NCBI RefSeq assembly: GCF_018350175.1
Contig: NC_058368.1
Span: 57,166,001-57,230,000 of the forward strand
Source: Felis catus
Lineage: Eukaryota
Direction: 5' to 3'
DNA: 64,000 bases
Positions 49,786 through 62,809 of the stretch are shown piece after piece. The first letter of the stretch is position 1; each line of letters begins with the position of its first letter. The position numbers were made by a program, and so were the translations under genes. The notes below the pieces were generated by a model. It saw only the letters and a list, made by a program, of their open reading frames with translations, made no database searches and had not been told where the DNA came from.

Positions 49786-50557
49786 GAAACACTATCAATT
49801 TACCTATTATATTTAGTGTTGAAACAACTTGTTTCTTAAAAATAATAAAGGAATCTTGTGTTTCCCCCAGGCTTCAAGAGATTCTCCAATTGTGGTTGAG
49901 GGACTATGTTGATGGGTCATAGCCTATTTGTAATCTCTCTGAAATTCTCTTCAGATTTTAGTGCCTAAGAACTTCAGAAAGATCACTATGACATCTCAGT
50001 GTAATCAATGTGAACCATCTGCAACTACTCCTTCTGTGTGTCTTAGTGATTATCAATTGTCCTGCATACTAAGCCAAGGAAGGAGAGTGGCTTCAGAAGG
50101 CTGTTTATTCAGTGAGCTACAATTAGGCAAGGAAGACTAGATTTGTCTCTTCATCTTTCTGTTTATAATGTTCTCTATGATATGTCACAGCTAATCTCTA
50201 AAAGCTCAGATTTTTTTCATTACTCGCTATAGAAGGTAATTAACTTTGCTATTTCCATTTTACCATTATAGTATTTAAAACTGAGAAAAGTTAGATACCT
50301 TCCAGCAGTTAGAAATCAAATAGGTGTTGGAAACAGAAGATTTATTTTTACTCTTAGGTCTATGTATCAAAATCTTAACCTGATCTATGTAATGCACATA
50401 ATACATTTCTGTAAAGTAATGATATATACCCACCCGACAAGTAATAGCCTTTGAAAACATAGTACCCAAGACTTTGCCTTTATTTAAGTTTAACCAGCCA
50501 CTCCTATTATCATGGAGTAGTCTAGCTAACAACCTAATTCATAACATCCTCCTTTTT

Positions 50558-50773
50558 TTTATTTTTTTTTCAATGTTTATTTATTTTTGGGACAGAGAGA
50601 GACAGAGCATGAACAGAGGAGGGGCAGAGAGAGAGGGAGACACAGAATCGGAAACAGGCTCCAGGCTCTGAGCCATCAGCCCAGAGCCCGACGTGGGGCT
50701 CGAACTCACGGACCACGAGATCGTGACCTGGCTGAAGTCGGAGCTTAACCGACTGCGCCACCCAGGCGCCCCT
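50558..50773 (-). mobile_element. Young cat-type SINE (SINEC_Fc-like)
   Basis: near-consensus; perfect TSD TAACATCCTCCTTTTT. Confidence 0.97.
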
Positions 50774-51071
50774 TAACATCCTCCTTTTTGACTATTACCC
50801 CATATCCTCCAGTTTTTTAAAGTTCCTTTCTGCTAAATCTTATCTTCAGTTCTTAAAGACCACCATTGTCTCAATTCTTGCAACCTGTTCTTGTCTATTG
50901 GAACTATTCTTTCTCTTTCCTCTCTAGTTTGGACTCAGTTATTTATCCATTGAATAATTCTCTATGGAGATCATCTAACACATTTGCATCATTATGCCTC
51001 CACCAAATAGGCTCAGCAAATTCATATCTGGGTCAATAACATGTGTGTCCTTTCATCCCATTACCGTGGCT

Positions 51072-51074
<3 letters not shown>

Positions 51075-51116
<42 letters not shown>
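51075..51116. repeat. (CA)n microsatellite
   Basis: direct reading. Confidence 0.95.
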
Positions 51117-51120
<4 letters not shown>

Positions 51121-52370
51121 TCCCTCTGCTAATTGGCATCATTACAAAATCATTGCTTCCTAACTCATCTGGAGCCTCTGATCTCTCTGTGAATTTTTCA
51201 TGTACACTTCCCACCTTTATCATAGAAGATAAATTAATTATGAACATTGTATTGGTGAGGAATAATTGTCCATAAATTCCTATACCCCAAACTAAAGCTT
51301 ATGTACAGCCACATTGTCATGTCTTCTCATCCTTAAATTGTAATCCATGCTGCTACACTTGAGGTCATTTCTTCCTCACACTCTGGTCAAGTGGTCATCA
51401 CATCCAACTTAGACACCTTCAAAGTCTTTCTCCATACTCTCTCTTTTTCTAATCCAGTAAATATACTTATATTTATTCCATTCTAAATAAACAAATGGTT
51501 TTCCCTTGATCTTATTTTACCCTCATCCTGTGTATAATACCTTCTTAGCAATTTTTACAAAAGATTTGTATTTACAGTAGTTATTTATATCCACTTCCAC
51601 ACCTACCATTCACTTACCCACACATTGGCATTTATCTTCCTTCCCAAAACACCTCCTTTTAAGGAGGGAGAGCACCTTTCACTAATTAGCATACTGTCAA
51701 TCAACAAACGCAGTGGACATCTACCTACAACACATCTGCTGAGCTAACATTCAAACTTCTACCAATTCTCACTTATTTACTTTCATGATGAGTTTGGTTT
51801 TACATCTCTTTGATCAACTCTTGAATAACCATTTTGCCATTATTCTGTTCCCTTAACACTGCTATTTTAAAACTATACTCACTTCTGTGTTATCTTGATG
51901 ATTTCTTCTATGATGATAGTTTCATTTGGCATATCCTGTAAGTCCTGAATCTATGACTCAAACCTCTCCTCTACCTTCAGTCTTGATATCAAAATGTGTG
52001 CAATATGCCAATGCAGAGTTGGGCAAAAATGGATTTCTCTTCCCCTGCAAACCAATCATCCTTTGGGATTTTTTTTGTTCCAATTAGTTGCACCTTAATC
52101 TGTCAAATAAAACAAACTGAAATCCTGGAAGTAATTCCTTGATTCTCCCTCTGCCTTTTATCCAAAAATATAGTCACCAAGTTCAGATAATTTGACCACT
52201 TAAATAGCTTATGACACAAACCTTCTCTGTATATTGAACAGCTAAATCTGCTCCTCCAGAATATCCAAAGATTCCCATAAAACAAAGACTGTCATTAACA
52301 AACTTATAGCTTGAAGACTATGTATAGCTCAAACATTTTTCCCAATATTACTAGTATTGATCATACTAGT

Positions 52371-52395
52371 GATAGATAGATGATACATAGATAGT

Positions 52396-52431
<36 letters not shown>
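52371..52431. repeat. (GATA)n tetranucleotide microsatellite
   Basis: direct reading. Confidence 0.95.
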
Positions 52432-52455
52432 CTTAATATTTCATGTGTAATTGAA

Positions 52456-52910
52456 TGTAGTGCAAAATGCTTCTGGTCCCCTAATATTCATTCTGCGTTT
52501 TTTTCCATAATAATAAAATGTTTAATGAGCAATGGCTACTCAGAATTTTTAAAAATCCATTTCACAGTGTTCCTTACACCTAAGGCATGTAGACATAGAA
52601 TAAAGCTCTATGGCCATCTCCAGTGAACTTACTTAAATGAGAACACTGTCCTCCCCCATCACCTTGTTCATTTCTTCTGCTGCCTGGACACAATGAATCA
52701 CAACAACAAGAGTCAGAACCCAGGGATAATGGAGGAGTGAGGTAGACATCATCTGGCTCCATATAGTTTTGGTAGAACAGAACCGACATTCTAGCCTAGC
52801 ACTGCATTTTTCCAGACTAATTTGTGAGCAATAAATAATTTCATTGTTGCTGAAACACTTATTTTAAGATATCCTGTTATTTGCAGCTGAACCTAATTCT
52901 AATGAATACA
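52456..52910 (+). mobile_element. MaLR solo LTR (MLT1J-like)
   Basis: TGTAGTGCAAAATGCT start; ends CTGTTATTTGCAGCTGAACCTAATTCTAATGAATACA. Confidence 0.75.
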
Positions 52911-53499
52911 CCAGATTTTTGGCTATTTTTGAAAGACTGGACAATCTGGCAATTCTATGCCACATTTCCCCATGGCAACGACTAGCTGGAGAAGAACAGC
53001 TTTCGTGTTAAAAATTCTGCATTGCTTCCCTCTCTGGACTTGTTTCTTTAATAATCAATTTTATTTGCATTTGAATATCAAAACCAATGAAATACAAGAT
53101 AGGATCCAATTTCCTTAACATAACATTCAGGGTCTGTGATGATTTGGTGCCTAATCATCTTCTTAATCCTCCTTTTCTATGTCCCTTATTCTCCCCCTAA
53201 ACAAATTCCTTGCATTTCTCCATCTATACAAGTCTCTTACTAATCATCTCTTCCTTGATATGGAGATTATCTGCTGCTAGAAAGGCCCTGGAATGTTCCC
53301 CACCAAACCACACATGAGAAATAGGGGCCTCCTGTGATAGCCGACCTTAGATGCTCCTTCCAAAGAATGCCTTCCTGCTCCTCTAGATTGGGTTACATGT
53401 CCCTTCTCTATGCTTGCAATTCCCTGAGCATATCTATTACTACATTACTTTGAAAATAAGTTTCTGCTAAAGAATCTATTACTCAAAAGTATTCTAAAT

Positions 53500-53665
53500 A
53501 AAAAGGCTTAAGCAATATAAAGGGCATTATTTTTTAAATGCAGGTTACCAGAACTCAAGGTGGTGAAGCAGAAAACTTAAGACTCTGTCCAGGAATCTGC
53601 CCTTGAAACAAGCACCTCTGATACTTTTCACACAGGCAATGCAACAACTTCATTTTGACAAAAAA
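53500..53665. mobile_element. MER5-like hAT element
   Basis: TTAAATGCAGGTT...CCAGGAATCTGCCCTTGAAACAAGCACCTC. Confidence 0.6.
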
Positions 53666-54526
53666 AAGTCTTTGGAATGTGAGTTCCTTGAGAAATTGGA
53701 CTGTTTTATTTATCATGTTGTACCTAACACCTAGCTCATTGCTTTTTACTCAATAAATGCTTGTGAACACAAGTGTCTTTCAGCACTTGGGAGAAGCAGG
53801 AATCCTGGCAGGTCATGAGGTCAATTTAATAAAACACAGCTAAGGTACATAAAAGCATCATCTCTGCTCCTTGGCTCAGTCCAACAAGCTATCAGTCAGA
53901 AGTTGATTAGCGTCATTTGTACTGAACAAAAATGTGAGCGTTTAGTGCTTTATCTATGTTTCTAACTCCTGTACACAAAGCGCATCTAAATCACTAGTAC
54001 AAATGTGTTTACTCAAAGGTAGTAATAATACTTGCTTATAATTGGAGCTAAACATCTATGAATATCTGCGAATGTCAATACAGCACTCCATATGTACTGG
54101 CCACTCAATAATTCTAGTGACTGATGATATACACTATTTCAAAATAATATGTATGTTTCATTTTGGTTTGGATCACCCAAAGTAATACTACTATATTTTT
54201 CAGCTTAGAACATTTTCTGACTTAACAGAGATTTAAGTTAACTAAGAAAAAGGGAAGTGACGATTTTAACATCCCTAATTTCAGATGCCTCATCACCCTG
54301 GACATTTTTCTTATTGGTCTAATTCACTAAAATCACATAGAAAATCATTTGTCTCCACTTACAACCCAAGTGTTTTGGAGTAGTATAGAAACATTTTTAA
54401 ATTAAATCTAAATAAGGACATAAAACTATTTACCACGGACATGTCTTTAATGAAATAAAATTTTAAAATAAATTGATATCCATTAATAAATACTTTTTCT
54501 GTTCAGATGGAAGATACTCAGTTTTT

Positions 54527-54748
54527 TTTCTTTTCTTTTTCTTTTTTTTTTTTTTTTTGAAGATTTACTTACTTATTCTGAGAGAAAGAGAGCACACGTG
54601 AGGTGGGGCAGAGAACAAGGAGACAGAATCCCAAGTGAGCTCCATGCTGTCCACAGAAAGCCCGACTGGGGACTCAATCCTGTGAGATCATGACCTGAGC
54701 CAAAATCAAGAGTTGGACGCTTAACTGGCTGAGCCACCCAGGCACCCT
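54527..54748 (-). mobile_element. Can-SINE
   Basis: full length; TSD GATACTCAGTTTTT. Confidence 0.95.
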
Positions 54749-57700
54749 GATACTCAGTTTTTCCTGTTCTTGATATGTAGCTGATTTTTAAAAATCTACC
54801 AAACATTAATATTTGTTCCTAAATAATCAGCTTGAGTTAAAAGACACATACCTACAGCTATGGTATATACTACCAATCTGAAGAATAATCATCCTTCAAC
54901 CATAGATCAAACTGCCCTCAGGATCATCCCTGGCTACTCCTTATCCCTCTTATAGTACTTGACTTTCACAAGGCCTCTTTGTAACATTTTCTATTATTTT
55001 TGTTCATTACTTTTTGTCTATGTCCTTGCCAGACTCCACTAAACACTCTAAACCACATATGCACTTGGGTTTTCATTTTCCTTCTTAATAGACCTTGAAA
55101 TTTCCTTCTTAATGCCAACAATTAGTCAAACTGAGGGTTCCTATTAACTGTGCAGGTTTCCTGACTAATGTCTCAGGGTGATATATTTTAACCCTGGGCA
55201 CATTTTTAGAGTACCGCAATAAGTATCTTCAATTTGGCACTGTCTTCTCAAACAATAACTTTTTCTCTAAGCTGGTTTTCAGTATGAGCTAGAAGATAGA
55301 TAAATTAGAACTTGTTTACCTGTTCACACACATTTCAAGATTTTAGGGTTGGCTTAAAAGAATTGTAATTAATTGTACAATTATTCTTAATATGATAGAA
55401 TATGCAGAGACATATTCTGAGTCTTCTAGGCCTTAGGTTAATTTTAAATAATAGATAAATATGAAAATGCATGGGAAATATTCTTCGAGCAATTTCATAA
55501 CTCAAAAATATAATACAAAACTAAATCATCCTTAATATAAGTGAAACACAGCTCAAACATACATTTTACTGAGTAAACAAAATCAATAGAACAAATAACA
55601 TTTGCAAATGAGTTGCACTTTCATTATACAGAAAAACTCTAATGGTAAAATACTTATGCCATAATACCAGGCTGCTGAAATAATGTGATTCGTAATCATC
55701 TATAGTCCCATAGAATCAAACAGCTCAATTTACAAAATGTCTTCCTACATTTAACTGAGATTCACTTCTTCTCTTTGTGATCAGTAAGGATAAAGGTCTC
55801 AAGTCCCCCTTAGTTTAGAAGGCCAAAATGACTAGGCACTCCTGGCATTTTTTTGTCCTACCCTTGAACATATATATGGAAAGGGAGAAATTATCTCCGT
55901 TAGCAGCATTCATGCTACACAGCTAGGGTCAAAATCACATTTAATTTTATCTCAAAGTTGTGTCAACCATAATGCATCACGGAAGTAGAAAGACGCAAGC
56001 TGTGTTTTTAACACTAAAGGCAGCAGAAGTCCATTATTTGGTTCCTATCAACTCCTTTGATGCCTACAGCACACTTTGGAGAGTTTTTTCCACCTCTTGT
56101 CCAGAGGAGTAATCAGCAAATAGTGCATGTATTTTCCCCTTAAATTTGAGTTTTTTAAAATTTTCCTCCCAAACATTCATAGATTAAGTAGGAGCTCTCT
56201 TTCAGTAAATGAACAAAATTTTTGATGTCCCTAAATATGGATTGAATAATTTAGCAAAAAAAAAAAAAAGTAAACATTACAGATATTTATCTGCTTTTAA
56301 GACATTGTTAAAAAAATTCTGAGACACAGGGCTTATTTTTTTGTCAAAAGAGAAAAATTTTCTGTCCAGTGATTAAATACATCCAATCTTAATTTTAGTT
56401 GCTGATGTGAATCCACCAAAATGTTTTAAAACCACTAATAAAAACAAAGAAAGCAAGATTCCCTGTAGATTCCCTAGGAATTTAAGATTTTAGTATTTTT
56501 AAATAAAATTTATAATACAGAAAAAAATAGTTTATAATATGGTTGTTTCTGCTGTAACATTTAGAGACATATGAGTTTGTTTAATATCCCCAAATAGGAA
56601 ATCAATTTCAAATTCGTTTACAAAACAGTAAATGTCCTTAAAGTGTTCTAAGAATTGAAAGCTTTCTTTTTAACAATACACTTTGGAATTTCTTAAGGAT
56701 GATAATTAATAATTGCCTATGAATAAGACAATTTTTAAAATACAAAAGAGATTACAAGAATTATAAAATAGTACCAAGAAATGAAAATCAATGTTGAGTA
56801 ACTAATCCTCTTTGGCCAAAAGCAATTTGGGACACGATATGATTGAGTTTAATAGAAACTGACAATTCTCAGTACATATTTTTAATGAAAGCTTAAATTT
56901 CAAAATCATCTAGAAAACTCAAGTCTTATTTGAAAATGTAGTTGACACTTATTTCAGTGCTGTGTGACATGCATTTGGTAAATCTCACATACATAAAACA
57001 TTTATGCCAGTCAATATAAACAAGTAATTTTAATAAATCAATAATAAAGCTTTGCTTTACTTATTCAATGAACTATGTAAATGCACCATTTTCCTTCTCA
57101 TCATTCTACTGGACAAGTAAATTTAAAAAAAAAAGACAGTATTTCTATATTTTCAATATAGACCTATATTCAGTGTTGCTCTATCCCATTCAATCCTTCA
57201 TGAGTCAGTGTCCCAGAAGGGACACTCTTGTCCTTATGTTTATACCATAGCGGGTATTGTGTGCATGGTAGGAGAAAATTTTTCCTGAAAGACTCTGGTG
57301 AGTTTTTAAAAAAGCCCTTTGTAGCCACATTTCTTTTTTCTAACTTATAGCCTGTGACTTTTTTACCTTTTGTGTAAATCTAATTTGATATAAGTCTATT
57401 ACTAGCTCTACCTATCAAATATATCATGATTAAATTAACAAAAAGATAAAGCTCTATGCCCTCTTTGAAAGATAGCCACTTATATCTCCATAACAAACTT
57501 AGGAATGAACAATTTATTTACAAGTATTGTGCTTTGTGGTTTGGAAAACATTTGTTTTAGGAAGAGTGTGGGTTCTGAAAATATGCTGAAAATGATTTCG
57601 CCTTGCCATTCTATAACCATATTTAAAGCATAAAGATATGTATTTTTAGAAGTGTTCATTCAATCATCTAATATTAATTATCTATTATTCACCAAATAAG

Positions 57701-58659
57701 TAAGGAGGATACAAGATACATAAGGCAGAAGCCTTGCTCAAGAACTTACAATGTTAATGGAATTTAAAGGATATAGATTTGCTAATGTATAATAATATCT
57801 ATTTATCACTGTGAACATAGGCATAAATTATTTTAAAAGGGGGAAAGGTGAATTCTTCAGCAAGTAGAATTTGCTTACTGATTTAACAAAACAGTAGCAA
57901 ATTAGAACAAATTGACCTTTTGTTTCATTAAGTATGGTCGTAACTGATAAGTTCAGATGGAAAATCAATCAGCATTTTAACACACCAAATTAGAGGAAAT
58001 AAACTTGCTTATAAAGTTGGGTAAAGAAGCCCTCCAGTTACAGAGTTAAGGGACGGCACACTAATCACCATAGACTGTCAGTTTATTATTAGTTATATTT
58101 TACTTGTAAGGCTGACTAAGTCTATGCAGGAAAAAAGATAATTCGTTGAAGACAAGAGGGATTGGGATAACTTGGAATTGTACACTGTTGTAAAATAAGC
58201 TCTATTGTGATCAATTAATTTTATTCCAATAAAACATGGCTAAATGGAAGAATCTTCCAAAACCAGATTAATAAAGAAAAATTGTTCAGTGGAGTATTCT
58301 GTATTTATTGAAACACAATCTATTTTGAATGACTAGGTCATGAAGTAGTGATCTATCCTGTGCTTCAACAGATGGCACAGTTGAAGAAAGTCCAAGCTCT
58401 TCATGGTAAATGGCACACAATTTGGATTCAGAAATGCCTGAAAGCCATAGGAAGTGAAAGTAATGGCTCCTTTTTTGTTTTATTATTATTATTATTTCTC
58501 TGGATTGTTAGTTTTCTGTCAGAAGTAACTGGCTCTAAGCCTATTATTATAGACCACTAAAATTCAGGTTTTTTAAAGATCTCAGCTTGTTTTGTTTTGT
58601 TTTGTTACCTCTCCTAAATTAGGTACATAGGAAGTTCTCTCTTGTGTCCCTCTAGTCTC

Positions 58660-58997
58660 TAAATAGTGTTCTGAAAAAAACAAACGAATAAACAAAGGAT
58701 GGTAGGTGACAGAAGGGTAGTGACTTCTGAGGTCAATAAGTGTGAGAAATATTACATACATACATTTCTCACAGAGATTCAGAGTATTTCTTGAAATCAG
58801 TTAAGTCCTATAGTAAAGATGATTACTTAAGTTATATATATAGTGCGGTATTTCTCTAAATTTTAAAGTCAAGAAATCATTTTTTAGAGGCCACAGTGTT
58901 TTGTTTTTTTTTTGGTTTTTTTTGTTTTTTTTTGTTTTTTTTTTTTAGTATCTCCTGGACCTTTAGGATCATGGAACACAGTTCCATAAATAACAGA
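58660..58997. mobile_element. Old hAT-Charlie non-autonomous element (MER103/MER113-like, tentative)
   Basis: GGTCAATAAGTGTGAGAAA...AGAGATTCA...AAGTCCTATAGTAAAGA...CATGGAACACAGTT. Confidence 0.5.
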
Positions 58998-59439
58998 GTC
59001 AACACATTCTATTGGAAGTAATTCATGGGAAGAAAACATGTTTCCTATCCTAAGCAAATGTATTCTGACATTTTAGCCTGCTTCATTTTTGGCATTGGAA
59101 GGTGGAATGAATTGCCTTTCAAAATGATGGCATGGATTATTAGTACTCTCATAGTAGCAACAATATTATATTAAAGATTCATTCACAGACAGGTGTTATT
59201 CCAAGCAAAAAGATCTGTGGTCCCTGGTATATAACTAATACAGTCTTCAAACCCAAATATAATAGTTACTCCAATTCTGTAACTGACTTTGGTGGAGAAT
59301 TTTCCTTATACAAACACTAGTCTAAATTCCCTTTCCAGTTCTATTGGACACCTTGGGAGCCCCAAAAAGGCAAATTTGACCATTTTCATTTTCTGATATG
59401 ATGGAGAAGCAATCGAATTTTTTTATTTAAATACTTTTT

Positions 59440-59550
59440 AAAGTGAGCTACACTTGTGGTGAGCATAGCATAACATATAAACTTGTTGAATCAGTATGTT
59501 GTACACCTCAAACCAATGTATGTCAACTATACCTCAATTAAAAAAAATAA
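59440..59550 (+). mobile_element. Short carnivore L1 3' end
   Basis: GGTGAGCATAGCATAACATATAAACTTGTTGAATCA...TGTACACCT...GTCAACTATACCTCAATTAAAAAAA. Confidence 0.85.
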
Positions 59551-59556
59551 TAAAAT

Positions 59557-59680
59557 GGGGTGCCTGGCTGGCTCAGTCAGTGAAGCATGCAAGTCTTGAT
59601 TTCAAGGTTGTAAGTTCAAGCCCCACACTGAATGTAGAGATTACTTAAAAGAATAATAATAATGATAAAATAAAATAAAA
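59557..59680 (+). mobile_element. Old short Can-SINE (SINEC_old-like) inserted in the L1 A-tail
   Basis: GGGGTGCCTGGCTGGCTCAGTC...AGTTCAAGCCCCACA...GTAGAGATTACTTAAAA. Confidence 0.9.
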
Positions 59681-60078
59681 TGCATAAAACATGTTACCTG
59701 GTTCCACAGCATATCTTATTTGTATGTATTTAGAAGCACTATGACACATTCATCCTGCCAAACATCCTTGTTGAAATGCTAGTATTAGAAATGCATTTAT
59801 TTGTTACCATACTGCTATTAAATATTTTTAAATATCCTACCTCTTGCAGAGAGTTGTCATATTAATCAATTTTGTCATATCCACGTGCCATTTAGCTTGT
59901 TTTTGTTTTGTTTTTTTCTTTTCCTTCTGTGTATTGGCTAAAATCAGCTACTATGCAGAAACTTAAACGAAGCTTAGGAATTGAAGGCCAAATGTAAGAC
60001 AAATGAAATTTTAGAATGTCAGTTACTGTCCAGTAACTGAGCAAGTTGGGAAGAGGGGGTAAATTTAATTGTGTCAAA

Positions 60079-60083
<5 letters not shown>

Positions 60084-60150
<67 letters not shown>

Positions 60151-60214
60151 ATATATATATGTATATATATACATACACACACACACACACATATATGTGT
60201 GTGTGTGTGTGTGT
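60084..60214. repeat. Compound (TA)n-(GT)n-(TA)n-(CA)n-(GT)n microsatellite with dyad symmetry
   Basis: direct reading. Confidence 0.95.
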
Positions 60215-60399
60215 TTACTTTGAGGTGGGTGTGGAATGGAGAGATACAATAAAATATCATTATAAGCCTGTAATCCCAGGAAAAACAACATTTATGTCAG
60301 AAAAATGCAACAGGATATTGGATTGGATAGACACTGATAATTTCTCATCAAATACCCAGTTGTGCAGTTAAAATGCATTTGTTTTAAAGTCCCTCTGAT

Positions 60400-60555
60400 C
60401 TGGCTTTGCATTTTGGCTGTGCACTGAGCAGTATTCTCCCAGGCAAGTTGCTTTCTAATCCTCAGATTCTCTATTTGAAAAATAGTGATTTTAAAAACTG
60501 ACCTACTAGTTGTAATTGTTTTGAGGATTACGTAAAATTATCTACGCAATAGAGA
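60400..60555 (+). mobile_element. MIR fragment
   Basis: CAGGCAAGTTGCTTT...CCTCAGATTCTCTATTTGAAAATAG...TTGTTTTGAGGATTA. Confidence 0.6.
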
Positions 60556-60564
60556 ATCACGATT

Positions 60565-60810
60565 AATAGCTAATGCTTTCTGAAAGTTCCTAATGTATCA
60601 AAACTTCTTTTAAGCAGTTTAACTGTATTAACACATTTAATATTCACGGCACTGCTATGAAGTAGGCACTAACATTGTCATTTACATTTTACAAGTGAGA
60701 AAATCGAGGAGCCATAAGGTTAATAACTTGGTCAAGTTCACACAGCTAGCCAGAGCTAGGATTAGAATTGATACAGTCTAATTCTAGAGATGGGACTCTT
60801 AACCACTCTA
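60565..60810 (-). mobile_element. MIR, near full length
   Basis: AATAGCTAATGC...CATTTTACAAGTGAGAAAATCGAGG...TAACTTGGTCAAGTTCACACAGCTAG...CTCTTAACCACT. Confidence 0.85.
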
Positions 60811-60880
60811 ATAATTCTTGATCAAACACGATTAGTTTATTGTCAGTCCTCTTCAGACATTATTTTATCCCTGGCCTACT

Positions 60881-61097
60881 GTTTTTTTTTTTTTTAATTT
60901 TTTAAATGTGTATTTATTTTTGAGAGAGAAAGTAAGAATATGAGCGGGGGAGGGTCAGAGAGAAAAGGAGACACGGAATTGGAAGCAGGCTCCAAGCTGT
61001 CAGCACAGAGCCCAACGCAGGGCTCAAACCATGAATGGCGAAAACATGACCTGAGTTGAAGTCAGACGCTTAACCAACTGAGCCACCCAAGTGCCCC
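60881..61097 (-). mobile_element. Can-SINE
   Basis: full length; TSD TATCCCTGGCCTA. Confidence 0.95.
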
Positions 61098-61289
61098 TAT
61101 CCCTGGCCTATTTTATACACATTTATAATTATAAATTGATGACATTCCCTGACATAATTTAAAACATAAAACACTGAATGGAAAAAAAAAGTTAGACAAA
61201 TGCCCTGTATAATTTTGAAAATCTTACACAATTTTCATAGAGAAAACAATTGGAGATATTATAATGATTATATAATAAAAACTTCATTT

Positions 61290-61800
61290 GAGCTTTATTA
61301 GAGGAATTTAGAGCTAATCTGGTTCAGGAATTCAAAAACTACCTTCCATAGGCCAGATCAGTTCTGTTTTCTGTTTTTATGCCACTTGTGATGTTTTTAC
61401 ATTCTTAAGTAGTTGAAAAAAATGGTATTTATAACATATAAAAATTATATAAAATTCAAATTTCCGTGTGTGAAGAAAGTTTTAAATTTTGTCAACACAT
61501 ACTTTTGGAAATTTGTTTCCTCTCTTGTTTTAATATATATATACACACACATATATATAATATGTAATACACACACATATTTAATATATAATATGTCTAT
61601 AATGTCCTAGATTTGCATCTTAGTCCACAAAGCCTAAAATACTTATTATTAGGACCATTACAGAAAAAGTTTTTTGATTTCTTTATTCCAGTCCAGCAGT
61701 CTCATTTCAGGGATGAATTAAGAGTCTTGCCTAAGATCACAGAGCTAGTTAGAGAATGACTTAATCCAGAATCCAGAGCTTCTGATTGTAGATTCATTGT
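61290..61800 (-). mobile_element. MIR3-like element split by a MER58 insertion
   Basis: TTTAGAGCTAATCTGGTTCA before and CTCATTTCAGGGATGA...CTTGCCTAAGATCACAGAGCTAGTTAG after the insertion. Confidence 0.6.
61325..61685 (-). mobile_element. MER58B/C-like hAT element
   Basis: AAAAATTATATAAAATTCAAATTTC; CCACAAAGCCTAAAATACTTATTA...TTACAGAAAAAGTTT. Confidence 0.8.
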
Positions 61801-62809
61801 TGTTGACTCCATAAATGATCCCAAAGACTTTGAACTCTGTAGCACCGTAAGGGCATGTTATGAGAATCTAAGCAGAGCTCTCAGTCAGCTTTTAACTTTC
61901 CTTTTGAAAATAAACTGAGTATTTACGACATGGCATCACACCTACACAGAAAGAACTGAAGCTACTAAAAGCCTTCTGATGAGGGGGAAACTATCCTTGT
62001 ACAATGTCTAAAATGAATATTTGAATTACAGCAGGACTACATTAAATGAAAGGTTATCACAATTTACTTAAAAAATTAAGTTCAATTCCACTTAGAGGGT
62101 TAAGAATTAGAGACAGTTACTGATGGTGAGCTGAATGGTACATGTGGACAAATTGTTCTATGAGGAAAACATGAAATATATTTTATTGTGCTGTCTCTTC
62201 AAGGGTTGGACTAAATGCCAAATGTGTGGTGGGAGGTTTTCAGAGATAATCTGATCATCGAGTTGCCCAAAAGTAAGGGTAAACAGGAAACCTTCCTAAA
62301 TGGAGTCCAACCTTTGACTACCAAGTAAGAATAGCCCAATCTTCATTTTTGTCTTATTATTGATTATGAAAGCTAATCTTCCTTTGCCAGAAATATTTTC
62401 TCTTGGAGGAAAAGAAAAAAAAATCCTTTTGTAACTGATAATGGATATGATTAGTTGCTACTTTCTTATTCAGAAATATGCTTATTAAAGCAAAGACCTT
62501 AAGCATTTCAATTTAAAGTTTACATTGTACAATTAGGTCACAAGTTGTTTGTATCCTTTTCCAGACTATTTTTCTCCTGTTTTCAATTGATTTTCATAAG
62601 TGAATATTTTGCTAGGTTTTATGTATTGTCTTCTGGTTTGAGGGAAAATGTACAAATATTAAAGATATAACGTTTCATAACTTTCCCACATCAGTTGTCT
62701 CTAAAATCAACTTTATACTCAATTTTGAGTAAATCTTCCCTGAATATAGATTATACATTCTGGTTAAACACAACCATGGGCTTAGGTTTTAATTCTATAA
62801 AATGGAGTC

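Larger units (their letters stand above)
50800..53770 (+). mobile_element. Long fragmented L2, interrupted by microsatellites, an MLT1 LTR and a MER5
   Basis: CCTGGAAGTAATTCCTTGATTCTCCCTCT, GTCACCAAGTTC, and terminal GAATGTGAGTTCCTTGAG...CTCAATAAATGCTTG. Confidence 0.6.

Noticed and set aside
52350..52370. 8-bp inverted repeat ACTAGTAT/ATACTAGT next to the GATA tract
   Set aside because: Too short to distinguish from chance
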